From Phycisphaerae bacterium (GTDB lineage: Bacteria; Planctomycetota; Phycisphaerae; UBA1845; Fen-1342): a stretch of DNA of 64,000 nucleotides. Made by a program: the position numbers and the translations under genes. The DNA lies in NCBI GenBank assembly GCA_050115495.1, contig JASFQK010000004.1, forward strand, positions 32,001 to 96,000, read 5' to 3'. The notes under the pieces were generated by a model, which was not told the DNA's origin, did no database searches, and was given only the letters and a program-made list of their open reading frames with translations. Positions within the stretch are counted from its first letter, which is position 1. Each line of letters opens with the position of its first letter. Below, one piece after another: positions 30,299 through 41,219 of the stretch.

Positions 30299-30886
30299 CT
30301 ACCGCCGGCGGAGCGCCAGGGCGCCCAGGCCCAGCAGCAGAAGGCTGGCCGGCTCGGGCGTGAGGACCGCGCCGTCGAACCAGATGTCGTACAGATTGAC
30401 GTCCTCGGGTGGCACCAGGTCGTTCACGTCGGCCATCCGCACTATGATGTTCGCGCCGATCTCCGCGCCGCCATCGACGGTGTACGACACGCCGTCGAGT
30501 TCCTGCCAGGCGTCGACGCCGGTGACGTCGTAGTGGGCCGAGGCGAGTGGAATGAAGCCGTTGCCGTCATCCCAGCCGATCTGGAAGCGGGCGATACCGG
30601 TGCGGTTGCCGCCACCGATGGCCCAGCCCCAGAAGTCGTAGGTGACGCCGTCCATGAAGACAGCGGTCGTGGTCTGCTGGATCTTGCGGTCGAGGACACC
30701 CATGGCCTCGGCGTTGAACCAGTCACCGAGGGTCTCGTTGCCGGGGGCGCCGTAGACGCCGTGCTCGTAGACGCCGCCGCCAACCCAGGGGGCGAGGCCG
30801 GTTTCAAACCCGGGGTTTTCGAGGAGGTTCGCGTTCGCCGCCGCCGCCAGCATCAGGCCCGCGACGAGTACACAAATGATGCGCAT
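30299..30886 (-). CDS. PEP-CTERM surface protein
   Basis: Signal peptide, NLLENPGFE, C-terminal TPEPASLLLLGLGALALRRR. Confidence 0.92.
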   Translation of the reverse strand: MRIICVLVAGLMLAAAANANLLENPGFETGLAPWVGGGVYEHGVYGAPGNETLGDWFNAEAMGVLDRKIQQTTTAVFMDGVTYDFWGWAIGGGNRTGIARFQIGWDDGNGFIPLASAHYDVTGVDAWQELDGVSYTVDGGAEIGANIIVRMADVNDLVPPEDVNLYDIWFDGAVLTPEPASLLLLGLGALALRRR

Positions 30887-31269
30887 TGCAGTCCTTCCTT
30901 ACTCCGCCCCCTGGCCACAGGTTGATCATATGCGACCGGCTGGAACCAAACAGATTCCGAACCTTTCGCCCATCACAACGACCCGCACATTCTAACCCGC
31001 GCGGATGGGCAGGTCCAAGCGTTTGTGGATCCGAGTTGACTCCCGGAAACGCGCACGCCGCACTCGACGGACCAGCCCGAGACGGACGCCCGGTTGCAGC
31101 GCCCGCCTCGTACGCCGGCCACACGTGCCATTATGACACGAAGGGGGACGAGGGGCATGATTCATAACTATTTGTGAATGCTTAGCTTGCGTTGATTCAT
31201 CCGCTGGAACGGCGTGTGCAACAGGTGGCAATGGCCGGCGTACGCGCCGCCAGACGGGAGAGTCGAAGT

Positions 31270-33888
<2,619 letters not shown>

Positions 33889-33972
33889 CCGCCGGCGGCG
33901 CTATCATCAGGCGGGACGAGCCCGCCGGCGGCGATGGCGCGGGGCCGGCATTGACTCCAGGAGGACGGCCTG

Positions 33973-34230
33973 TTGACCGGAAAACTCGCTCTGCTGGCGG
34001 CGTTTCTGCCGATCGTCGGCTACTGGCTGCGGGTGCGCTTCTGCTGAGGGCACCCCCTCGCGACGCTCGGTACGATCGTCATCATGTTCGGGTTCTTCAT
34101 CGCCTTCGGCAACGGCTACCAGGCGTGGCAGAAGGGGCCGGATCGTGGGTTCGGCATGGCCGCGATGGTTGTCGCCGGCCTGATCGCTCTTGGCATGCTG
34201 GTGGGGGCGACGGCACTCGTGCGACGCTGA
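33973..34230 (+). CDS. 85-aa three-TM protein with in-frame UGA after Cys (candidate selenoprotein; alternatively a pseudogene)
   Basis: AGGAGG RBS 8 nt before TTG; reads MTGKLALLAAFLPIVGYWLRVRFC*GHPLATLGTIVIMFGFFIAFGNGYQAWQKGPDRGFGMAAMVVAGLIALGMLVGATALVRR; TGA at 34045-34047. Confidence 0.55.
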
Positions 34231-34252
34231 GCGGCGCCTCTGTCTCGGGCCG

Positions 34253-35629
34253 TCAGTCGTAACGGAACGCGAGCATGTAGGATGTCGGCCAGATGGGGAA
34301 GGTGGTTGACATGCGGTGTCCTGCGTAGTCGCCACGGTTTGCACCGCAACGGTCGAAGAAGAAGCGGCACATTTCGGCGTAGCGCGGCCACGCCCGATCT
34401 TCCGCGGCGGCGATCTCGTTTGGCAGGATGCGCAGGTCCGGGTACTCGGCAATCCGATACGCCCAGCGGGCCATCTCGCTTTCGTGCATCCACGCGGGCA
34501 CCGGCGCTTGGCAGACCGCTTCGGGGATGCAGGATTTCGCGAACGACCGATGCAGGTACACGTCCACGATCAGGTTGCGCGTGGGATGGTCGATTGTCTT
34601 TATGAAGGCTTTGAACGGCGCGAGGGCCTGCTCGGGGCTATGCGGGATCGGATCCAGCCGGAACGCCACCACGATGTCGAAGCCTGCCCGCAATTGCTGC
34701 ACGTCTGCCGGATCGACGCACAGCCGCGCCAGTTGGCGAGACGCGGAATGCTCACGCAGCACCGCCGGCAGAGGGTGACTGCTGAACTCGGGCACGATGC
34801 AATGGTCGCTCCGTCCGGCGATGGGGCCACCCGCCGCATCGCGGATCTCCAAGCCGCTGTTGGGATCATCCGACCGGCGTGGGGCGAGCGGCTGCTCCTT
34901 CTGCGAGCCGACGTGGACGATCAAGGGGCGACCACCCGGGCTGGCCTGGTATCCGAGGTAGGCCAGCAGCATCGCGACTTCGACGATGTGACCCGGCTCC
35001 TGCGAAGGCATGACCAGCACGATCGCCCCGTTCAGATCGACCAGACTGCGATTGACGGCCAGGGCGTTCTCGAACGCCGCGGCCTTGATCGCTGCCGTCG
35101 ACGTTGACGCCGTGGAGGGTAGTTCTGCTTCAGGCTGAGCGCTGGCGGCTTCGACCGCCGGCACCTGGCTCAGCAGGTCCTTGAGTCGCGTCTGGCTGCG
35201 GTACTTCTCGTGCACGAAGGAGTCGAACTGCTCGACGGCCAGTTCGAAGCGATCGACCTGTTCCGGAGCCAGTCGTCGGTGTTTGATCGCCGCCGCGAAA
35301 CCGCGCATCGCCGCCGTCCCCGGCAGCGACCTGGCGATCTCGTCCCACCGGTTCGGTGACACCTGCGAAGCTCGCCACAGACGATAGCAGGTGGATCGAT
35401 CGACCCCCAACGCATCGTACAGTTTCCTCGGACTGCGGATGTGAACAGGTAATGCCTGGAGCACATCCAGAAGCGCCGATTGCAGACGTTCACCGTATCG
35501 CGCCAGATCTTCGGCGTGCGGCAACGAAGGCACACCGCGATGGGCGATCGTGCCCGCCGACGTTGTCTTGCGCTTCAGTTGCGTCACGTTTTCCATGAAG
35601 ACGGTTTCCGTCGCAGTCGTGCGTTTCAC
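34253..35629 (-). CDS. Hypothetical protein with N-terminal HTH-like segment (putative regulator)
   Basis: SPRKLYDALGVDRSTCYRLW resembles an HTH; long ORF; no family recognised for the C-terminal part. Confidence 0.6.
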   Translation of the reverse strand: MKRTTATETVFMENVTQLKRKTTSAGTIAHRGVPSLPHAEDLARYGERLQSALLDVLQALPVHIRSPRKLYDALGVDRSTCYRLWRASQVSPNRWDEIARSLPGTAAMRGFAAAIKHRRLAPEQVDRFELAVEQFDSFVHEKYRSQTRLKDLLSQVPAVEAASAQPEAELPSTASTSTAAIKAAAFENALAVNRSLVDLNGAIVLVMPSQEPGHIVEVAMLLAYLGYQASPGGRPLIVHVGSQKEQPLAPRRSDDPNSGLEIRDAAGGPIAGRSDHCIVPEFSSHPLPAVLREHSASRQLARLCVDPADVQQLRAGFDIVVAFRLDPIPHSPEQALAPFKAFIKTIDHPTRNLIVDVYLHRSFAKSCIPEAVCQAPVPAWMHESEMARWAYRIAEYPDLRILPNEIAAAEDRAWPRYAEMCRFFFDRCGANRGDYAGHRMSTTFPIWPTSYMLAFRYD

Positions 35630-35773
35630 GTGAGCGCCAGCCGCATGCTGCTGGCTTCGAGTGAGTGTAGAGACCGGCGGCTACCGCCGCAACGTCGCTC
35701 CGGATGCGTCAGACTAGTAGAGAACCCGTAGGGCAAGCTGACGCGAACCGGTCCTTCGACGATCGCTAATCGA

Positions 35774-35807
35774 GCGGGTCTTATCCTCGGCAGAGGATAA
35801 GACCCGC
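35774..35807. terminator. Perfect 15-bp hairpin after the PEP-CTERM gene
   Basis: GCGGGTCTTATCCTC-GGCA-GAGGATAAGACCCGC; no U-tract. Confidence 0.55.
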
Positions 35808-35842
35808 CGAACGTTACCCATGTCCTGCGAGCGAGCCGCAGG

Positions 35843-36517
35843 CTAGCGCCCGCTTCGTCGACGGCTCAACACGAGCAGCGCCACGGTCGCCAGACCGAAG
35901 GTCGCCGGCTCGGGAACACCTTGGATTTGCAGCATTTGATCGGGGCCGTTCCAGAGACCGAACAACGGTTCGTAGGTGTTTGTACCGATCGAGTACCAGA
36001 TGGGCCGATCGCCGTTGGCGGCGTACGATCCCCATGCCGTCCATCCGGTTGGGGGTGCCGCTTCGATCGGGGACATGCCGATCCAGTAGTCGCCCGGAGC
36101 CAGCGCCATGTTCAGTCCTGAAGCATCGACCTTCTCCACATAGCGGCTCCAACCGGTTTCCGAATCCGTGAGTACCAGGGTCTCGACGGTGATGGGAACC
36201 TCGATGGCGAAGTCCATGGCGTTGACTTCCCCGAGCGCTTTGGGGAACACCACGAGGTTGGCCGTGGTGGCCGTTGGCGAATTGAGCGTGCCAAAGTAGT
36301 TCGACACCGTGTCGATGACCCAGCCTCCCGCGGGGACACTGATGTCATCCATCAGGATGAAGCCCGCATCCACGTCCGTCCAGGTTGTGGACGTGAGACC
36401 TCCGCCGACGGCGTTGAACACCGTGGAGTCGTACAGGACGTCCGCGCTGGCGTTGGTCGCCAGGGATACCACCACAGCCAGCACTGCCATAGCTGCCGCA
36501 TGACCTGTCATCTTCAT
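35843..36517 (-). CDS. PEP-CTERM surface protein
   Basis: Signal peptide (ASA-D), C-terminal VPEPATFGLATVALLVLSRRR. Confidence 0.9.
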   Translation of the reverse strand: MKMTGHAAAMAVLAVVVSLATNASADVLYDSTVFNAVGGGLTSTTWTDVDAGFILMDDISVPAGGWVIDTVSNYFGTLNSPTATTANLVVFPKALGEVNAMDFAIEVPITVETLVLTDSETGWSRYVEKVDASGLNMALAPGDYWIGMSPIEAAPPTGWTAWGSYAANGDRPIWYSIGTNTYEPLFGLWNGPDQMLQIQGVPEPATFGLATVALLVLSRRRSGR

Positions 36518-36652
36518 TACTCTTCTACCTCCTGCGTGCCGAAGCACTCCTCCAAAGTTGAAAGCGATGCACGTTTCGCCGGTGTGAAGCTTCTGAGCCG
36601 GACTCCTTCGTTCCCTTCCGAGAAGGCCCCCCGATCGGATCCATCCTCTCTT

Positions 36653-36719
36653 AATATAGCCGGGTTGCCGGGCTATGTCAAGAATAAATCTCGATACAAT
36701 CTAGACACAATCCAGAGAC
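36653..36719 (-). promoter_or_regulatory. sigma70 promoter with three upstream 11-bp direct repeats
   Basis: Minus strand TTGACA-17 nt-TATATT (36681-36653); plus strand AATCTCGATAC/AATCTAGACAC/AATCCAGAGAC at 36687-36719. Confidence 0.65.
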
Positions 36720-36895
36720 GATTGGAGGCTGGGCGGGAACAACCAGGCCGCGGCGGAATGGCGGATTCAGGAGCCGTCGCGCAGGGAATGTTGGCGTGGT
36801 TTCGGCTGGCGGCCTGGCGCCTGGATCACGCCCTTGCCCAGCCCGGGCGCGGTATAATCACGCCCGCATTTCGCCTCTCGTCCAGGAGCCACGTC

Positions 36896-37156
36896 ATGTC
36901 TGAGCAGCGCATCGGAATCGTCACCCATTACTTTGGCAAGGTCGGCGTTGCGGCTATCAGGATCACCGACGGCGAGCTGCACACCGGCGACACCATCCAC
37001 ATCGTCGGCCACACGTCCGACTTTACGCAGCCCGTGGACTCGATGCAGGTGGAGCACGCCACCGTCCAGGCCGCCCGGCCGGGGGATGAGATCGGCCTGC
37101 GCGTCATCGAGCACGCTCGCGAGCACGACGTCGTCTACCGCGTCTCGCCGGCCTGA
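36896..37156 (+). CDS. Small translation-elongation-factor (EF-Tu domain II)-like protein
   Basis: MSEQRIGIVTHYFGKVGVA, GDTIHIVGHTSDFTQPVDSMQ; AGGAG RBS. Confidence 0.8.
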   Translation: MSEQRIGIVTHYFGKVGVAAIRITDGELHTGDTIHIVGHTSDFTQPVDSMQVEHATVQAARPGDEIGLRVIEHAREHDVVYRVSPA

Positions 37157-38853
37157 TCTTCCGTCGGCCAGGGGTCGTCTGCCGGCGCGGTCGGATCGTC
37201 TTCGCGGATGGCGACCGGCTGTTGCCCCAGCACGCGGGTGAGCGCGAGCAGACGCCGTTTGTGCCAGCTCGTCGCTGCCGCCGCCAGGAGCAATAGGAAG
37301 GCGCTGCCGGCGGCCATGGCGGCGGCTGGATTGGTGGCGGCGCTCAGCCCGTGAGCACCAGCCGCCAGCAGCCACACGCCGATGGCCAGGCCGGCGAAAT
37401 AACAGAATCGGGGGATCGCCCAGCCGCAGCCGAGTGCGGCCAGTGCCGCCGCCGAAGTCACCGCGTGCAGCCGCGCCGGCCATTGCCAGGACGCGTCGAA
37501 CTCACACACGCAGCTCCCGCTCATCAATATCAGTACGAACACGACCTGCCACGCCCACGGCGGCCGCCGCGACGCCACCTGCACCGCGATTAACCCCGTC
37601 CAGCCGATCGTCGTCAGCAGCACGAGCCCGTCCGCGGTCGTGCGACCCAGGGCGAAGGCGGCGATGGCACAGGCGTTCACGAGCAGGGCGGCGACGAGGT
37701 CGAAGCGCGACCGGCGAATCAGGGCGATGAGCAGCAGATAAGCCGTCAGTCCCCAGGCGGCCCAGGCGACGTTCAGCGGCAGCGGGAACGTCGGCGGCCA
37801 CGTCATGCGCTCCGGCACGATCGTCACCGGCGACAGGCTGAGATACAGGGCCGCCGCCGCCGCGAGGCACCCGCCGTGCAGGAGCAACGTCAGCCGATGC
37901 CGGGCGTAGCCGTACCACCATACGCCGGCGGCGCAGGCAATCGCTGGCACGAGCGGGTTACGCATCGGTCCGGGTAGCCGCTCCACCGGAAAGCTGGCAT
38001 CGAAGCCTTCGTGCGTGAGCAGCATGGCCAGCACGGGCAGGATGGTGCAGACCGCCAGTCCTGGTCCTTTCTGTCGGGCGGCGACGGCCAGGTACTCGAA
38101 ACCGGCCGCCGCCGCCACGGCGACCAGCGGGGCAGCGTATAGCCGTCCGGCGTGGCCGCAGAACGCGTAGTTCATCGCGTATAGGTGAACGCCGCCGGCG
38201 ACGAGCACGGTGACCAGGAAGCCCAGTTCCGTACGCAGCCCGTTCGGCGTCGAAATCGTCCCTGCCCGCGCGTGCCGCCGGATGGCCGGCAGGACCAGTA
38301 GGGCCAGGCCGGCGAGCAGCCACCAACAGGCGTAGAGGGCCACCTCGTCGGTGCCCGCTGTCGCGTACGGCACGCGCAGGCGCAAGGGGGCGATGGCCAC
38401 AAGGGCCACACAGAGCATCGCCGCCAGTTGGCCGGCCCAACTCAGGCGCAGCTCAACCAGCCGGCGGACGATGTGCAGTTCGGCGACGGCGAGCACGCAC
38501 GTACCCACCGCCAGGCAGAGTCCCAACCGGGCGTCGTTGGCGGTCAGTTCCAGGCCGGCGGCCAGCGGGCCCGTCCAGAAGAGGGCGGCGACCCACAGCA
38601 GCGACGGCTCGTCCTCCGGGCTGCGGCGGGCGCGGTGCAAGAGGATGAGCACCCCGGCCACGGCCAATTCGTAGGCCTGGAGCACGCCGAAAGTAAGCAG
38701 AATCAGGCCGACGTCGCCGGCGAGGGCGTCGGGGGCGGCCAGGTAGAGCTTGGCGCCGACGGCCATGGCGGCGGCGCTGAGCAGGTACGTGGGGTTTCGG
38801 CGGAGCCACCAGTGCCCCGCCTGAGCGCAGGCGCTGCAAAGGGTTACGGCCAT
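37135..38853 (-). CDS. Polytopic membrane protein of unknown function
   Basis: Many hydrophobic segments; NPTYLLSA N-terminal motif; GGAGG RBS. Confidence 0.75.
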   Translation of the reverse strand: MAVTLCSACAQAGHWWLRRNPTYLLSAAAMAVGAKLYLAAPDALAGDVGLILLTFGVLQAYELAVAGVLILLHRARRSPEDEPSLLWVAALFWTGPLAAGLELTANDARLGLCLAVGTCVLAVAELHIVRRLVELRLSWAGQLAAMLCVALVAIAPLRLRVPYATAGTDEVALYACWWLLAGLALLVLPAIRRHARAGTISTPNGLRTELGFLVTVLVAGGVHLYAMNYAFCGHAGRLYAAPLVAVAAAAGFEYLAVAARQKGPGLAVCTILPVLAMLLTHEGFDASFPVERLPGPMRNPLVPAIACAAGVWWYGYARHRLTLLLHGGCLAAAAALYLSLSPVTIVPERMTWPPTFPLPLNVAWAAWGLTAYLLLIALIRRSRFDLVAALLVNACAIAAFALGRTTADGLVLLTTIGWTGLIAVQVASRRPPWAWQVVFVLILMSGSCVCEFDASWQWPARLHAVTSAAALAALGCGWAIPRFCYFAGLAIGVWLLAAGAHGLSAATNPAAAMAAGSAFLLLLAAAATSWHKRRLLALTRVLGQQPVAIREDDPTAPADDPWPTEDQAGETR

Positions 38854-39135
38854 GACAGATTCCTCCCTCGGTTACGGACGGGGGACGCGGCGCGCAGCGC
38901 AGACGGCACGGCAGACGCCGCGTGCACCGCACGTGTGGCAGTGAACCATCACATCAGGATGTCATGGATGGTGGTGCCCGCCCGAAGAGGGAGATTATTG
39001 GATGATGACGAGAAGATGCAGCGGATCGATACGGGCTATACCATCCGTCTGTCATTTAAAGTCTAGATCGCCCCAGGCGCGAGTCAAGGCCTGTGCGCGG
39101 CGGCGCGATCCGGATGGGCGAATGTGCGGGGAAGG

Positions 39136-39286
39136 ACCCCGTTGAAACGGGGTGGGATGTGGAAGGGGGGGGAGGAAAGGGGAGGGGCGGTGGTGTGGTC
39201 CGTCCAACCAGTCCTCGAAGGGCTGGCCTATCAGCCCGCCTCCGGCGGGAAACGCCGCTGAAGCGGCGTGCGGTGAGGCGGCTGGT
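39136..39286 (+). repeat. Composite palindromic repeat, copy A
   Basis: ACCCCGTTGAAACGGGGT ... ATCAGCCCGCCTCCGGCGGGAAACGCCgCTGAAGCGGCGTG; inverted copy at 45306-45443. Confidence 0.8.
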
Positions 39287-39593
39287 CTGCGACCCCGTTC
39301 ACGGGGTCTCCCCGGCGCAGCCGGGCTACTAGGTCAGTCCTTTAGGACTGGTTGAGCGGACGGTCCCACCCCCATCCTCTCCTCCGACCTACCACAGCCC
39401 GCTTCCGCGGGTCTCCGGCGGCCGCCGACTGCGGACCGTAATCCCCGGCAGGAGCGTGTATGAATGTGTCCGGCCGGCAGGGCGGCATATGTATACTGCG
39501 GGCGTGCACGAGCCGCGGAGACGTAGGCGGGAGGTGGTGTGCACGGGTGGAGCTGCGTGTTCTTACGTTCTATCCCGGCGAGGAGGCGATCCG

Positions 39594-40640
39594 ATGTGGA
39601 AGATGGCGTTGACTCTCGGTCTCGCGGTGGTGCTGTGCTCCTGTCACGGCGGAGCGCAGCGCGGTGCGGCCGGCAGGGACCTCGGTCGGGCGCTGGATGA
39701 TGTTGGCCGCGGAATCCATGATGCGATCGCGCTCCGGTCGGCGGCTTGCCTGACGGCGTTTCGCCTGTGTGACCGGACGCAGCAAGAGCTCTTGGACAGC
39801 GTCGGCGAGGAGTTCTGCTTCGATGCACAATACCCTTGTGACACGCTCGTCGACGCACAAACCAGCGGGGTCTTCCGGCTCATCGGCATCGGGGAGAGTG
39901 AGCACGAGGCACGCCCGTGGCCCGTGGCGACCGAGGCGGACATGCTGGAATGGTGCGATCGGATCAGGGAGTCGCTGGACACGCCAAGCTCCAGCCTCAC
40001 AGTCCCCGCGCACCTGTACGTGTATCTGGCCGGCACGGGGGCCTCGACCTCCGACGAGCTGCTCCGGCTGGGCTTTCGGGCTGTAATGCAACGGCCGGGT
40101 ACGATCACAGTCCGGTGCGAGTCGGCGGCCGTGGTCAGCCGGAGTGACGTGCATTTCGTCGAGCCGGCGGACACGACGGTCACCGACCGCGCGCAGCAGG
40201 ACAAAGCCGCCTCGCCGGCCGGCGGCGGCGCGGAGGCGTGCCCGTCTTTGGAAGACGTGGTCGGCGTTTGGATCGAGGAATCCGTCCGAAGGGCGCTACG
40301 CGTCGTGCTGGTCAGTGAGGGGCGCTACATGATCGTTCGCGGACAGTCCGTGGACGGTGACTCCGCGAGTGCGGCGGACGCCGGCACGTCCGACCCGCAG
40401 CGCCTGGACAGCCCGGAGGAATGGCTCGCCGCATCGCACCCGGTTGGGCAACTGGCGGGCGAACTGCGCGAAGGCCGGCACGATGGGCACGTTTTCCTGG
40501 TGGTCGCGACGGAAGGTACGTCGCCGGAGGTGGTCGCCGAGGTCGAGACGATCCTGCGCGAATCCGGCCGCAGCTACCGGGTGCATGCTGAGCGTGTACC
40601 GGCAGCCTGGGACGCGGTGCCGGCCAACGCAGGCGAATGA
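39594..40640 (+). CDS. Hypothetical lipoprotein
   Basis: GAGGAGG RBS; MWKMALTLGLAVVLCSC lipobox-like signal. Confidence 0.65.
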   Translation: MWKMALTLGLAVVLCSCHGGAQRGAAGRDLGRALDDVGRGIHDAIALRSAACLTAFRLCDRTQQELLDSVGEEFCFDAQYPCDTLVDAQTSGVFRLIGIGESEHEARPWPVATEADMLEWCDRIRESLDTPSSSLTVPAHLYVYLAGTGASTSDELLRLGFRAVMQRPGTITVRCESAAVVSRSDVHFVEPADTTVTDRAQQDKAASPAGGGAEACPSLEDVVGVWIEESVRRALRVVLVSEGRYMIVRGQSVDGDSASAADAGTSDPQRLDSPEEWLAASHPVGQLAGELREGRHDGHVFLVVATEGTSPEVVAEVETILRESGRSYRVHAERVPAAWDAVPANAGE

Positions 40641-40673
40641 GCGATGTAGAGAAACGGGGATGGCGAGTTCAGC

Positions 40674-41180
40674 ATGAGGCGCTGCATACGTACGGTGTTG
40701 CTCATCGTGGCTGCTCTTGCCGCTGTCGCTACGCTCGCAAGCGGGGTGCGTCGATTCTCGTGGGACTGGAAGACAGACGACGAGGTCGATGCAATCAGGG
40801 GCGGCTGCAGCATCGCGCATGGTCAAGTCTACATCGGGGTATTTGATCCGTCGGCTACGCAGGACCAGACGCCCAGGCTGGACGACGTGGTTTGCTTCGA
40901 TGCCCTCGGCGTGCACGTCCTGGTGCAGGAAGAGGGTCCGAGCTCAGCTCTTTTCGAAGATGGCGTGGTTCGGGACCTGCCGGCCGCGGTCACGTACAAT
41001 ATCAACTTCTCCGGTTGGTGGGTGGTCCTTGCCTGTGGAGCATACCCCTGCACCGCGTTTGTAATCCGGAGGATCAGGACCGCGCGGCGTAGGCGACGTG
41101 GCCTGTGCGTTCACTGCGGTTATGATCAGCGTGGAAACCCAGATGAGGTCTGCCCGGAGTGTGGGCGATCACCCAGATGA
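40674..41180 (+). CDS. Membrane protein with C-terminal zinc ribbon
   Basis: TM, then RRRRRGLCVHCGYDQRGNPDEVCPECG. Confidence 0.8.
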   Translation: MRRCIRTVLLIVAALAAVATLASGVRRFSWDWKTDDEVDAIRGGCSIAHGQVYIGVFDPSATQDQTPRLDDVVCFDALGVHVLVQEEGPSSALFEDGVVRDLPAAVTYNINFSGWWVVLACGAYPCTAFVIRRIRTARRRRRGLCVHCGYDQRGNPDEVCPECGRSPR

Positions 41181-41219
41181 CCGCTGGGCACGCGCAGGAA
41201 ACGGCATCGCCGCGGTACA

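Noticed and set aside
33934..33954. Upstream in-frame ATG and a second TGA (MARGRH*) extending the candidate selenoprotein
   Set aside because: There is no RBS before this ATG, while a perfect AGGAGG precedes the TTG at 33973; no SECIS-like hairpin was noticed after this TGA.
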